The notes: a model not told the origin generated them from the sequence alone. A stretch of 64,000 nucleotides of DNA from Candidatus Multivoradales bacterium (GCA_965223155.1 CBDCVR010000015.1:928001-992000), one strand, 5' to 3'. Shown: positions 31,624 through 43,406, numbered from the stretch's first letter. Translations and numbers: made by a program.

Positions 31624-34302
31624 GTGACCTCCGTCATCCAGAAGGGCGCGACCGCCGCCGAAGACCTCGTCACCGAGAACCGCTACAACGCCTTCGGGGA
31701 CCTCGCCCGCACCATCCTCCCCGAAGGCAACGCCATCGAGTACGCCTACGACTCCGCCGGACGCCTGACCTCGATCGGGCGCGGCCCCGCCCCCGGGGCC
31801 CTTCTCGAAAGAACCCTCTACGAGCTCGACGCCGCCGGCAACCGCACCCGCGAGACGCTTCAATCCTTCGACGGCTCGGCCTGGGTCACCACCTCCGAGA
31901 CCGCCTACCTCTACGACTCCCGATGCCAGCTCGACCGGATCGTCCGCGCCCCCGGAACCCCCCAAGAGGCCGTCACCGAGTACCGCTACGACTGCAACGG
32001 CAACCTCGAATCCCTCTGGGACGCCAACCACTCCTCGGCCTCCGATCCCCCGACCCAGAGCTACACCTACGACCGCCTGGACCGGTTGACCGCCATCGAC
32101 CAGCCCTGGGCAACTGGGCAACCAGGAGAGATGGCAACCACCACCTACGCCTACGACGTCCAGGACCACCTCGTTGCCGTCACCGACGCCGAGGGCAACA
32201 CCACCGCCTACGTCTACTCCGACCGGGATCTTCTGACCCGCCAGGACTCCCCCGTCTCCGGGGCCTCGACCTTTGCCTACAACGACCACGGCGAGCTCGT
32301 CTCCGAAACCGACGGCCGCGGGGTCACCACCACCCGAACCGTCGATGCCCTAGACCGGGTGACCTTCGTCGATTCCGAAGAGAACGCCCTCGATACCGCC
32401 TACACGTACGACGACCCCTCGGTGCCCTTCTCGGCGGGCAGGCTCACGGCCATCACCCGCGCTGGACAATCGATTGACTACGCCTACGACCGCTTCGGAC
32501 GCACCATCCAGGACGGCACCCTCGCCTACGCCTACGACACGAACGGCAACCGCACCGACGTCACCTACCCAGGCGGCGTCGCCGCCACGACCACCCACGA
32601 CTACGCCGACCGGGAGGAGACCCTGGCCGTCACGGATGGCGCAACCTCGACCAACCTCGTCACCGCCGCCGCCTATCTCCCCTCGGGCCCCCTCACCTCC
32701 CTCGCCCTCGGCAACGGCTTGGCCGAGACCCGATCCTTCGATGCCCGGTACTTCCCGGCCGGCATCGCCGTCCCCGGACGACTCGACTGGACCTACTCGA
32801 CCGACACGATCGGCAACATCCTAGAGATCGCTGACACCGGAGGCGGCGGCGGCCGCACCTACACCTACCAGGACATCCACTACTTCCTCACCTCGGGCAC
32901 CGGCCCCTGGGGCAGCCTGGCCTTCACCTACGACAAGATCGGCAACCGGTTGTCTGAGACCCGGGACGCCGGCGGCTCTCCCCAGAACCGGCCCTACGCC
33001 TACCCGGCTTCGCCTTCCGGAGGCAACCTCCCCAAGCTCGCTTCGATCACGGACCCCGCGGGAGACCGTCTCGAGCGCTTCTTCTTCGACGACGCCGGCA
33101 ACCAGACCTACCGCTCGACTCAGACCGCCAAGCACCGGCTGAGCTACGATGCTCTGGGACGGATGAGCCAGATCAAGACCGACTCGGACGAGACCGCCGG
33201 GGCCCTCGTCACCCTCGCCTACGACGGCAGGAGTTTCTTGAGGGAGGCCACTCGAAGCCCCTTCCCCGGCCAGCCCGCCACCGTCACCACTAACCCCACC
33301 TACAGCTCCGACGGGCGCCTGATGCACAAGGCGACGAGCGAGGTGCTGGGACCGGACGACCCGAGAGGCGAGGGGAGTGCCACCAGCGACGCCTACGTCC
33401 TCTACTTCGCCGGCAGGCCGGCCGGCATCCTCGACAATGAGACCGTAATTCCACTCGGTGGACCGCCGACCAGCACCTCGACCCTCACCTACTTGACCAC
33501 CGACCACCTCGGCACCCCCGTCCTCGCCACCGACGCCAGTGGAGCCAGTACCTGGAGTGGAGGCTTTGAGCCCTTCGGGGACGACTGGCAGGCGCAGGCC
33601 GGTACCGGGGCGAGTGAGGCGGGGGTCTTTCTGAGGTTTCCCGGGCAATGGGACGATGCGGCCTGGGGCGGGGCGGGAGCGGGGGCGGGGGCCGCTAGTG
33701 CCTCAGACCCGGGCCTCTACTACAACGTCCACAGGTGGTACGAGCCGGGGACGGGGAGGTATGGGAGGGTCGATCCGCTGGGGTTGGTTGCTGATATCCA
33801 TCTCTATCGCTACGCGAAGCAGGACCCCTTGACTTGGATCGATCCTCTCGGGTTGCAGCTTGTGAAACCTCCTGACATTCCCTACTTTGAGCCACCTGGT
33901 GACAACCTACCCCCCAACTGTTCGGCTGGACCCTGGGTCTTCGATGACTTCGGCGTTCGGAGTGAACCCCAAGAAATGCAATGGGTGCTCCGGCGCGCTC
34001 AGCGAAAATGGGTGCGGATCCCACCTGCTTTTGGCATAGCACTACCAATCCCGACCGGCAGTTGTGACTGCTTCTATGTTCCGAGAGGCCTCATTCAGCC
34101 CCATCAGCGAGTAGAGCGGTGGAAGCGTCGTCTGGAATGCGACGGCTGCCCCGCCGGAGAAGAAACGCGGCTACGGGATGCAGCAGAACCGGAAAGTCAG
34201 TGGGAAGACAGAGTTCCTGTCCTACCTGCGAATGGTGTTCGGAAGACGACTGCTCCGGGCTGTCTTTGCCAACCAATTCTGACTGAAGCCCCGCCGTCAT
34301 GA
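31624..34302 (+). pseudogene. Orphan RHS core fragment 3 with tip CT3
   Basis: Begins mid-core (VTSVIQKG); DPLGL then LVKPPDIPYFE..CLCQP. Confidence 0.85.
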
Positions 34303-35078
34303 AGCGAATCTGTCTCAGCATAGCTCTTCTCGCTACCTTGTTGACCTGGGGTTGTGAGCGCCCAGGGCCATCGCAAGCAACCTCCGCGCCCTCCTACAAG
34401 CTCGGCGACAAGGCCCCTCTCGAACTGAGTTCCTTCCCGTCCGGCGTCTGGCCTCGTGCAGCAAGTCTCTTTGAGAGCTTTTGGAATGGAGATCGCGCAG
34501 CGGGGAGGTCGCTCACCCAACTTTACGAGGAGAAGGGATTCGTCACGTCCGCCGCGGTCATCGCGTTTGCGCTCGACCAAGAGCTTCCCGGTCAACTAAG
34601 TCCTCGTTTCATGTGGTCTGAGAAGTCCTTCACCCCTGAAGTCGAGTCGATCCAGCGCCAGGGGGCTCGGAGAATCTCAAGAGCTGTGTGGAATTCTGAG
34701 TTCGATGATGCCGTTGCTCTCGGCGAAGAGCTACTGAGACCCGGGGAGACCATTCTCCAGATTCCTGTCGAGTGGGCAACTGCAGCCTTTGCTCAGGCAG
34801 CCGCAACCCACGGCCTGAACTCGGTCAACTTCTCTCGGCTGGAAGCAGCCTTCCGAACGTACACTACTCTGGTGGGTGAAACGGCTACGATACCGATCAG
34901 TCTTCGAGGGAATAAAGACATCTGGGCTTGGATTTCCTTGTCCACTGCGTTGGCAGATCTCTCTCAGCCCAAGATGGCTGCTGCCGTTCTTGCCGTTGGC
35001 GTGTCGTTGAACGAAGATTCTGATCGCTCTCTCAAGAAGAGGGTGCAGAAACGAATTCGGCAACTCCTAGAGACTTGA
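34299..35078 (+). CDS. Putative lipoprotein, partner/immunity for CT3
   Basis: ATGA overlap; MKR + hydrophobic core + LTWG|C lipobox-like; helical C-terminal part. Confidence 0.72.
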   Translation: MKRICLSIALLATLLTWGCERPGPSQATSAPSYKLGDKAPLELSSFPSGVWPRAASLFESFWNGDRAAGRSLTQLYEEKGFVTSAAVIAFALDQELPGQLSPRFMWSEKSFTPEVESIQRQGARRISRAVWNSEFDDAVALGEELLRPGETILQIPVEWATAAFAQAAATHGLNSVNFSRLEAAFRTYTTLVGETATIPISLRGNKDIWAWISLSTALADLSQPKMAAAVLAVGVSLNEDSDRSLKKRVQKRIRQLLET

Positions 35079-35130
35079 CGACGAGCGATCGTCGAGGTCT
35101 GCTCGCAAAGCCTTGTGCACCCCAAGGAGC

Positions 35131-35430
35131 GGAACCCCCCAGGAGGCCATCACCGAGTACCGCTACGACTGCAACGGCAACCTCGAGTCCCTCTGGGACG
35201 CCAACCACGACTCCGCCTCCGACCCCCCGACCCAGAGCTACACCTACGATCGGCTCGACCGCCTGACCGCCATCGCCCAGCCCTGGGCAACTGGGCAACC
35301 AGGAGAGATGGCCACCACCACCTACGCTTTATGGAACACGTTCCAGGACTGCAATCAGAAATGTGGCAAGCTATGCGGCCCGGATGAGCCTTGCTCAGAT
35401 CAATTTCAGTCAGTAGCTGCAGGCAACTGA
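35131..35430 (+). pseudogene. Internally deleted RHS remnant: short core piece fused to a tip tail
   Basis: Core GTPQEAITEY..MATTTYA joined in frame to LWNTFQDCNQKCGKLCGP..; no DPxGL. Confidence 0.75.
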
Positions 35431-35433
35431 CAA

Positions 35434-35697
35434 ATGCGTGCTCGACCTGCTTCTTGGCTGTCTCCACGAAGTGCTGTTGTTGTGCTTGTCCTTGTATTCC
35501 TCGCCGGCTGTTGGTGGCGTATGGGACTGCTAGAGAAGGCTCTCGTCCTTCGCGATGTGGTCGGCATTGAAGTGGAGAAGCTGGACACAGCGCTGGATCG
35601 CGTGTGGTTTGTGGTTGGCTCGCCTTTGGCGTTCCTGGCTATTGGCCTGGCACTCTTGGGACTAGCGCACATCCTGCTTCGTGTTCTGTCTAGATAA
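35434..35697 (+). CDS. Small 2-TM protein, orphan partner/immunity gene (copy A)
   Basis: Starts 3 nt after the remnant stop; same 87-aa translation as 49238-49501. Confidence 0.65.
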   Translation: MRARPASWLSPRSAVVVLVLVFLAGCWWRMGLLEKALVLRDVVGIEVEKLDTALDRVWFVVGSPLAFLAIGLALLGLAHILLRVLSR

Positions 35698-35728
35698 GCG
35701 TCGCTGCTCGTGGAGTGATGCTCTTTAG

Positions 35729-38700
35729 GTGAGGCCCGACATGCTGAGATGTCTAGGCCTTCGAGTTGCATCGATCTCGAAAAGGCTGCTCAACCATCGA
35801 CCGACCATCCCATCCGCCACCTCAATCGTCGAATTGCGTTTCCGCGAACGCGCCGGCCGGCGCCGCCAGGCGGCCCGGCTGTTGCTCCTCGCGGCGAGCG
35901 GGATCGCCTTCCTCTGGGCCACCCCGGCGGCGGCCCAGAACAACTGCTTCGGGGACGTCACCTGGGGCGGCGACGTCGACTCGACGATCGCAAAGCCCGA
36001 GAACTGCACCGCGGACACCCGCTGCTATCCACCCGAGCTTGCCGGCTCGGGAGTTTCGTTCGCTCCGGGCTGCGACCCATCGGCCGGGCCCTGCGACGTC
36101 ACCGTCACGGCCCAGCTCCGCTTCCCCGGCAACCGGGACAACGAAGACTTCGTCGATGCCTCGGGCCTCGCCTACAGCTTCGCGACCTTTGCCGTCTTCG
36201 ACAACACCGGCTCCGGCGTCGGCGGCTGCGGTGTTGCCGGCGCGGTCATCCAATGGGACACCGGCACCGCGACCATCCGCGGCCAGGCCAAGAAGGGCGA
36301 CATCTTCACCATCGTCGCCCGCGCCTGCCCGTGCTCGCCCGAAGGCCTCTGCCCCCTGTGCGAGAAGACCGAGTCCTTCGTCATCCCGATCGGCAGCCCG
36401 CCGCCCCAGGACGACTGCGACGACTGCAAGGCCTGCCCGCTGCCGGGCGCTTCGGCCGGCGGCGGCGGGCCCAAAGGGACCACCGAAACCAACTCCGGCC
36501 CCGAGACGCTCGTCTACTACACCGCCGGCGGCACGGGCGCGCCCGGCACCCCCGGCGCCGACGAGCACGCGGCCACTCTCGGCCACGGCTTTGCCCACAA
36601 CTTCTCCGAGCGGCTCGTCGCCGTCCCCGACGACCCGTACGACAGCGACCGCATCTGGATGCTGACCCGCAAGGGCACCTTCCGCCAGTTCTGGAACCTC
36701 CAGGGCGGCGAGTACCTGGGCACCGCGCCCTCGGACGAGTACCGCACGCTCTTTGCCACGGCCGCGGGCTACGAGCTTCGCGGCCTCGACGGCACGGTCC
36801 AGAGCTTCGATGCCGCCGGCGTCTGGACCGGCACGGCCGACGCCTCGGGCAACGCCACGACCCCTGCCTACGACGCCTCCGGTCTTCTCACCGCAGTCGC
36901 TCTCCCCGACGGCAGACAAGAGACCTTCACCTATCATCCGGCCGGCTCCGGCCAGGACGGCAAGCTCGCCACGATCACCGAGGTCGGCATCGACGGCACC
37001 TCGACCTTGACCTGGACCTACACCTGGTCCGGAGACACCCTCGTCCGGATCGACGCCCCGGACGGCACCGCTCTCGCCTACGGCTACGACGACCCGCGCC
37101 ACCCGGGCTTTCGAACTCTGACCGAACGGATCGGCACCGACGCGAGCCGCCGCGTCGAGCGCGGCTACGCCTACGACGACGAGGGCAACGTCGTCCAGAC
37201 CTGGAGAGGCGATACCGTCCCCGCCGTTGCCGGAGTGAGCGCTTCGCTGCCCGGATCGAACGCCGTCGATCACGAGACCTTCGCCTTCGACGACCCGGTC
37301 AACCCGACCGTCACCACCAGGACCGACGCTCTCGGCAAGATCGCGACCTACGCCATCGGCCGCGACCCTTCGAGCGGCAAGGCCCGCGTGACCTCGATTG
37401 CGGGCGACTGCCCGGCCTGCGGCCTCGGTCCCAACAGCCAGCTCCTCTACGACGACCCGGACCATCCGCTGCTTCCCACTCGCTCGATCGACGGCCGCGG
37501 CACGGTCACCGCCATGACCTACGACGGCAACGGCAGGATGACCTCGCGCACGGAGGCCCTCGGCACCCCCGAGGAGCGCACCACGACCTGGAGCTACGAC
37601 GATCCCGCCTTCCCGGCCGTCGCGACCACCATCGAGGAGCCCTCCACAACTGCTGGAGCCAGCCGCACCACCACCCTCGTTCTCGGCGCCGACGGCCACC
37701 CCACCACCCGCACCGTCTCAGGGGTCGAGGCCGCTAGCGCCTTCTCGCTGACCACCACCACCACCTACACCCCCGAGGGCCAGGTCGCAACGATCGATCC
37801 CCCCGGCTTCGGCTCCGACGACGTCACCGGCTTGACCTACGACCCCGCCCGCGGAGGCCAGATCCCGCTTTCCCGCACCGACCCGATCGTCGGAAGCCTT
37901 CCCAACGGCGGCGCCACCACCTTCGGCTATGACCCCTTCAACCGCAGAACCTCGGTCACCGACCCCAACGGGCTCGAGACCGTCACCGCCTACGATGCCG
38001 CCGACCGCGTGACCTCCGTCACCCAGAAGGGCGCGACCGCCGCCGAGGATCTCGTCACCGTCCATCAGTACACCCCCTTCGGCGACTTGGAGCGCACCAT
38101 CCTCCCCGAAGGCAACGCCATCGAGTACGCCTACGACTCCGCCGGACGCCTGACCTCGATCGGGCGCGGCCCCGCCCCCGGGGCCCTCCTCGAAAGGACC
38201 CTCTACGAGCTCGACGCCGCCGGCAACCGCACCCGCGAGACGCTCCAGGGCTTCGACGGCTCGGCCTGGACCACCGCCTCCGAGACCGCCTACCTCTACG
38301 ACTCCCGATGCCAGCTCGACAAGATCGTCCGCGCCCCCGGAACCCCCCAAGAAGCCGTCACCGAGTACCGCTACGACTGCAACGGCAACCTCGAATCCCT
38401 CTGGGACGCCAACCACTCCTCGGCCTCCGATCCCCCGACCCAGAGCTACACCTACGACCGCCTGGACCGGTTGACCGCCATCGACCAGCCCTGGGCAACT
38501 GGGCAACCAGGAGAGATGGCAACCACCACCTACGCCTACGACGTCCAGGACCACCTCGTTGCCGTCACCGACGCCGAGGGCAACACCACCGCCTACGTCT
38601 ACTCCGACCGGGATCTTCTGACCCGCCAGGACTCCCCCGTCTCCGGGGCCTCGACCTTTGCCTACAACGACCACGGCGAGCTCGTCTCCGAAACCGACGG

Positions 38701-40636
38701 CCGCGGGGTCACCACCACCCGAACCGTCGATGCCCTAGACCGGGTGACCTTCGTCGATTCCGAAGAGAACGCCCTCGATACCGCCTACACGTACGACGAC
38801 CCCGCCGTTGCCTTCTCGGCGGGCAGGCTCACGGCCATCACCCGAGACACCCAGTCGATTGACTACGCCTACGACCGCTTCGGACGCACCATCCAGGACG
38901 GCACCCTCGCCTACGCCTACGACACGAACGGCAACCGCACCGACGTCACCTACCCAGGCGGCGTCGCCGCCACGACCACCCACGACTACGCCGACCGGGA
39001 GGAGACCCTGGCCGTCACGGATGGCGCAACCTCGACCAACCTCGTCACCGCCGCCGCCTATCTCCCCTCGGGCCCCCTCACCTCCCTCGCCCTCGGCAAC
39101 GGCTTGGCCGAGACCCGATCCTTCGACTCGAGGTACTTCCCGTCATCCATCACCGTCCCCGGACGCCTCGACTGGACCTACTCGACCGACACGATCGGCA
39201 ACATCCTAGAGATCGCAGACTCAGGAGGAGGAGGCGACCGAACCTACACCTACCAGGACGTCCACTACTTCTTGACTTCAGGCACCGGCCCCTGGGGCGC
39301 TCTCGCCTTCACCTACGACAAGATCGGCAACCGGTTGTCTGAGACCCGGGACGCCGGCGGCTCTCCCCAGAACCGGCCCTACGCCTACCCGGCTTCGCCT
39401 TCCGGAGGCAACCTCCCCAAGCTCGCTTCGATCACGGACCCCGCGGGAGACCGTCTCGAGCGCTTCTTCTTCGACGACGCCGGCAACCAGACCTACCGCT
39501 CGACTCAGACCGCCAAGCACCGGCTGAGCTACGATGCTCTGGGACGGATGAGCCAGATCAAGACCGACTCGGACGAGACCGCCGGGGCCCTCGTCACCCT
39601 CGCCTACGACGGCAGGAGTTTCTTGAGGGAGGCCACTCGAAGCCCCTTCCCCGGCCAGCCCGCCACCGTCACCACCAGCCCCACCTACAGCTCCGACGGG
39701 CGCCTCATGCACAAGGCGACGAGCGAGGTGCTGGGACCGGAAAATCCCCGAGGCGAGGGGAGTGCCACGGCCGACGCCTACGTCCTCTACTTCGCCGGCA
39801 GGCCGGCCGGCATCCTCGAAAACGAGACCGTGACCCCGCTCGGTGGAACGCCCGCGAGCACCTCCACCCTCACCTATCTCACCACCGACCACCTCGGCAC
39901 CCCGGTCCTTGCCACCGACGACTCCGGCACCACCACCTGGGCCGGAGGCTTCGCACCCTTCGGGGACGACTGGCAGGCGCAGGCCGGTACCGGGGCGAGT
40001 GAGGCGGGAGTCTTCCTGCGCTTCCCGGGCCAGTGGGACGACCCGGCCTGGAGTGTCGAATCAACGGGAGGAACCGCAGACCTCTACTACAACGTCCACC
40101 GCTGGTACGAGCCGGGGACGGGCAGGTACGGGAGGGTGGATCCGGCGGGACAAGATTCATACGCACGGTACAAGTTCTCCGGGCTTCCACCCAACCTTAC
40201 ATATGCGTATGCTGACCTGAACCCACTTCAGCATCTGGATCGTCTGGGCCTGAAGGTGGAGAAATGCGGCCGGCCAGCTGACCTTCCAGTAATTGGCGTT
40301 CTTGGTCTGAAGCACAACTGGTTGAAGACTGATACCCGTCAGGGCGGCATGGGACGAGCAGGGGGCGAGATCCCTGGACACGGACGTTGCGATTGTCCAT
40401 ATGCTCAGACCGAAGTCGTCGATCACAGCAACGAAACAGGCCCGGAGGTCACTTGCTTCGAGATTAGAGACATCGACGAAGATTGCGTAAACCAAGCCAT
40501 CGGAGCGGGGCAAAAGACTGGGCCTTGGATACCGGGCGCCAACGATTGCTGGACATTCGTCGACCAGGTAATCAACAAATGTCGCACCGACAACTTCAAT
40601 CGTGGCCGGCCCGGCTGGCGCGAAAGCCCACTCTAA
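35729..40636 (+). CDS. RHS repeat protein 4 (full length, signal peptide, tip CT4)
   Basis: Core near-identical to RHS1. Signal LRFRERAGRRRQAARLLLLAASGIAFLWATPAAA (possible TTG start 35834). DRLGL then KVEKC..HNWL..NDCWTF. Confidence 0.92.
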   Translation: MRPDMLRCLGLRVASISKRLLNHRPTIPSATSIVELRFRERAGRRRQAARLLLLAASGIAFLWATPAAAQNNCFGDVTWGGDVDSTIAKPENCTADTRCYPPELAGSGVSFAPGCDPSAGPCDVTVTAQLRFPGNRDNEDFVDASGLAYSFATFAVFDNTGSGVGGCGVAGAVIQWDTGTATIRGQAKKGDIFTIVARACPCSPEGLCPLCEKTESFVIPIGSPPPQDDCDDCKACPLPGASAGGGGPKGTTETNSGPETLVYYTAGGTGAPGTPGADEHAATLGHGFAHNFSERLVAVPDDPYDSDRIWMLTRKGTFRQFWNLQGGEYLGTAPSDEYRTLFATAAGYELRGLDGTVQSFDAAGVWTGTADASGNATTPAYDASGLLTAVALPDGRQETFTYHPAGSGQDGKLATITEVGIDGTSTLTWTYTWSGDTLVRIDAPDGTALAYGYDDPRHPGFRTLTERIGTDASRRVERGYAYDDEGNVVQTWRGDTVPAVAGVSASLPGSNAVDHETFAFDDPVNPTVTTRTDALGKIATYAIGRDPSSGKARVTSIAGDCPACGLGPNSQLLYDDPDHPLLPTRSIDGRGTVTAMTYDGNGRMTSRTEALGTPEERTTTWSYDDPAFPAVATTIEEPSTTAGASRTTTLVLGADGHPTTRTVSGVEAASAFSLTTTTTYTPEGQVATIDPPGFGSDDVTGLTYDPARGGQIPLSRTDPIVGSLPNGGATTFGYDPFNRRTSVTDPNGLETVTAYDAADRVTSVTQKGATAAEDLVTVHQYTPFGDLERTILPEGNAIEYAYDSAGRLTSIGRGPAPGALLERTLYELDAAGNRTRETLQGFDGSAWTTASETAYLYDSRCQLDKIVRAPGTPQEAVTEYRYDCNGNLESLWDANHSSASDPPTQSYTYDRLDRLTAIDQPWATGQPGEMATTTYAYDVQDHLVAVTDAEGNTTAYVYSDRDLLTRQDSPVSGASTFAYNDHGELVSETDGRGVTTTRTVDALDRVTFVDSEENALDTAYTYDDPAVAFSAGRLTAITRDTQSIDYAYDRFGRTIQDGTLAYAYDTNGNRTDVTYPGGVAATTTHDYADREETLAVTDGATSTNLVTAAAYLPSGPLTSLALGNGLAETRSFDSRYFPSSITVPGRLDWTYSTDTIGNILEIADSGGGGDRTYTYQDVHYFLTSGTGPWGALAFTYDKIGNRLSETRDAGGSPQNRPYAYPASPSGGNLPKLASITDPAGDRLERFFFDDAGNQTYRSTQTAKHRLSYDALGRMSQIKTDSDETAGALVTLAYDGRSFLREATRSPFPGQPATVTTSPTYSSDGRLMHKATSEVLGPENPRGEGSATADAYVLYFAGRPAGILENETVTPLGGTPASTSTLTYLTTDHLGTPVLATDDSGTTTWAGGFAPFGDDWQAQAGTGASEAGVFLRFPGQWDDPAWSVESTGGTADLYYNVHRWYEPGTGRYGRVDPAGQDSYARYKFSGLPPNLTYAYADLNPLQHLDRLGLKVEKCGRPADLPVIGVLGLKHNWLKTDTRQGGMGRAGGEIPGHGRCDCPYAQTEVVDHSNETGPEVTCFEIRDIDEDCVNQAIGAGQKTGPWIPGANDCWTFVDQVINKCRTDNFNRGRPGWRESPL

Positions 40637-40661
40637 GCGGGCAGCCAGATCGAACGCGGTA

Positions 40662-40895
40662 GTGACTGGGCGAATTGCACTCTGGATCCTCGGGCTTGTG
40701 GGAACGTCGGGCTTTTTTTATAGCCTCTCCGGGGCGCTGCAGGCCGCATGGCTCAGTGCCACACCTGGCTATCCGATCGAAAGAGCTCGGTACAACTTCG
40801 CCGCGTGGAGTCTGGCTTGCTTGGTGTTTCTGGGCCTCATCCTATTCGTCGTCTTTCGCCTCTACAGGACTCGGAACCGAGAAAACAACACATAG
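40662..40895 (+). CDS. Small 2-TM protein, putative partner/immunity for CT4
   Basis: Immediately after the RHS4 stop, two hydrophobic helices; GTG 40662 chosen (ORF track starts 40602). Confidence 0.62.
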   Translation: MTGRIALWILGLVGTSGFFYSLSGALQAAWLSATPGYPIERARYNFAAWSLACLVFLGLILFVVFRLYRTRNRENNT

Positions 40896-40907
40896 TCTCG
40901 CCATCGA

Positions 40908-42234
40908 GCCCTACGCCTACCCGGCCTCGCCTTCCGGAGGCAACGTTCCGAAACTCGCCTCGATCGCCGATCCGTCAGGAAACGCCTCCGAGCGCTTCTT
41001 CTTCGACGACGCCGGCAACGAAACCTACCGCGCCACCCAGACCGCCAAGCACCGCCTGAGCTACGATGCCCTGGGACGGATGAGCCAGATCAAGACCGAC
41101 TCCGACGAGACCGCGGGGGCCCTCGTCACCCTCGCCTACGACGGCAGGAGCTTCTTGCGCCAAGCCGCCCGGAGCCCCTTTCCCGGCCAGCCCGCCACCG
41201 TCACCACCCGCCCCACCTACACCTCCGACGGGCTCTTGATGCACAAGGAGACCTCCGAGGTCTTGGGACCCGAGGATCCCCGAGGCGAGGGATCGGCAAC
41301 CAGCGACGCCTACGTCCTCTACTTCGCCGGCAGGCCGGTAGGCATCCTCGAGAACGAGACCGTGACGCCCCTGGGCGGCGGCACAACCTCGAGCTCCACG
41401 TTGACGTACTTGACCACCGACCACCTCGGCACCCCGGTGCTGGCCACCGACGACTCCGGCGCCACCATCTGGGCCGGAGGCTTCGAGCCGTTTGGAGCAG
41501 ACTGGCAGGCACAGGCCGGTACCGGGGCGAGTGAGGCGGGCGTCTTTCTGAGGTTTCCCGGGCAATGGGACGATGCGGCCTGGAGCGGGGCGGGAGCGGG
41601 GGCGGGGGCCGCTAGCGCCTCAGACCCGGGTCTCTACTACAACGTCCACAGGTGGTACGAGTACGGGACGGGGAGGTATGGGAGGGTCGATCCGCTGGGG
41701 CTTGAGGGAGGTGGCCTCAATCTCTTTCTTTACGCTACCGCCAACACTCCCCGAGTGACAGATGCGCTCGGCCTGGAGGCTAGGGTCGATCCCGCTCTCC
41801 AACCGTATGTAGACTGCGCGAAGCAGGCTCCCTTCTTTGACATGGCATGGAAGTGGCTCGAACAGTCACCCGGAATCTGGGACATCAGACCGATCGACCA
41901 AGGCCCGAACTTGCATAAGGGTCGGACTCTTCCCAGGGACAAGAACCATGGCACGCCAGATTGCAAAGCTGGTGGTCGGATCTTTCCCGACGACCGACGA
42001 CGGGAGTACTTCAGCCCTGAGGCGGCTTGCAGGCCAGTCGTTGAGTCGATCGCTCACGAAGTCATAGAGGTGTTCGCCTTCTGCTATCTGAACATGGACG
42101 ACAACGCCGCTCACACGTTTGTGGAACGCGGTGACTTTGACGACTCGGAGGATCAGTACAACCGAGGTGTCGATGATTCGACGGCTGAAATCGGCTGCAG
42201 GTCGTGCAAGTGCAAGCGTGCCCTCGGACGCTAG
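40908..42234 (+). pseudogene. Orphan RHS core fragment 5 with HExxE tip CT5
   Basis: Core homology starts at PYAYPASPSGGN; DALGL then tip with IAHEVIE..NAAH. Confidence 0.85.
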
Positions 42235-42257
42235 GTGATACCGGAAGGTCGATCTGC

Positions 42258-43007
42258 ATGAGTAGCTCGCTGCATCGACTTACCCTTGCCTTTGTGCTGT
42301 TTCTTGCCTCTAGTTGGGCCCTGTACTATTTGGCTCCTCGATGGCCCTTCGTCGTCGCGTACTCCGACTTCCATTCTCTTGGCGTCCCTGATCCGATGTG
42401 GCGGTTGTCGAGGGAACCTACGGGGTGGCCGTTGACTCTGTCTCGTGGTCTGCTCTCAGGTTGTGTGGGCGGTCTCTTGAGTAGTGTGAGCCTGTTCAGG
42501 CGAGACTTGACTAAGGCTGCTGCGCTTTCGATTTCAGTCTTGCTGGTAGCGGCCGTTATGCTCCTCACATATCCACTTGCCCGCTCGCTCTGTCTGGCCG
42601 GACGCCACGACGGAGAGGCCTCGATCTTCGTAGAGTTTGGCGGCTCCCCCATTCAGCTTGAGTTGCGGAACCAGCGTTCCTCTTATGAGCTTACTGGACC
42701 GCAGCCAAACTCCTGGTTCGTTGGAGCGAAGCTATGTCAAATAGAGTTCAAGACAGGCCACGAGTCTCTGAACGTAGCCCGAGAGACCGGTCTGTTGTCA
42801 TTGCCGCCCGTCCTTGAGCTGGAGTCGACGTTTCCTCATGACTTGGTCCGAATAACGATCGTGTCTGAAGAGTACTCGAATACGGTCCTAGGGGTACGGG
42901 GTGGGGGTCGCCACAGTAGGAGAGTCAACCGCATCCTTGATCGCATGTCACGCTACACAGGGCTCGCCGACTTGAACGTGGACGACAGGTGCTCGACAGG
43001 TACCTAG
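42258..43007 (+). CDS. Membrane protein with C-terminal soluble domain, putative partner/immunity for CT5
   Basis: ATG 42258 shortly after the CT5 stop; about three TM segments; lower GC. Confidence 0.65.
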   Translation: MSSSLHRLTLAFVLFLASSWALYYLAPRWPFVVAYSDFHSLGVPDPMWRLSREPTGWPLTLSRGLLSGCVGGLLSSVSLFRRDLTKAAALSISVLLVAAVMLLTYPLARSLCLAGRHDGEASIFVEFGGSPIQLELRNQRSSYELTGPQPNSWFVGAKLCQIEFKTGHESLNVARETGLLSLPPVLELESTFPHDLVRITIVSEEYSNTVLGVRGGGRHSRRVNRILDRMSRYTGLADLNVDDRCSTGT

Positions 43008-43406
43008 CTCCCCATCTGCATCCCAGTGTCAAGAGCTGCCTCGAGACGTAGGTTCCACTCATTAGGCGGCGGTCTGTCAAGGGCACGGCTGTTCCTCCCG
43101 GCCTGGTCGGTCGGTTCGCGTTATGGGCAAGGTAGGTTCGGTAGCGCTTGGTTTCGGGTCTCTCGAGGTGGAGTCGATGACGCTCCATCCACTCATCAGG
43201 ATCTAGGCCGAGAGAGATTGGTGCCAGGCCTGCAAGATGCAAGCTGAGTGTACCCACCTGGGAAATCCGGTGACAGGATACCTATTTCAAGGGAAGAATC
43301 CGGCCGCAAAGGGACACTCGAAATATGTATCCTTCTATGAGTCGGTCGGTTGGCGTCAAGAGTTTCGTTTCTTCTTTTTGTAGTTTTCCTTAGGTTTGGA
43401 TCGAGG

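Noticed and set aside
42925-43257. Minus-strand ORF faintly like a transposase C-terminus
   Set aside because: Resemblance is subjective and unsupported by motifs.
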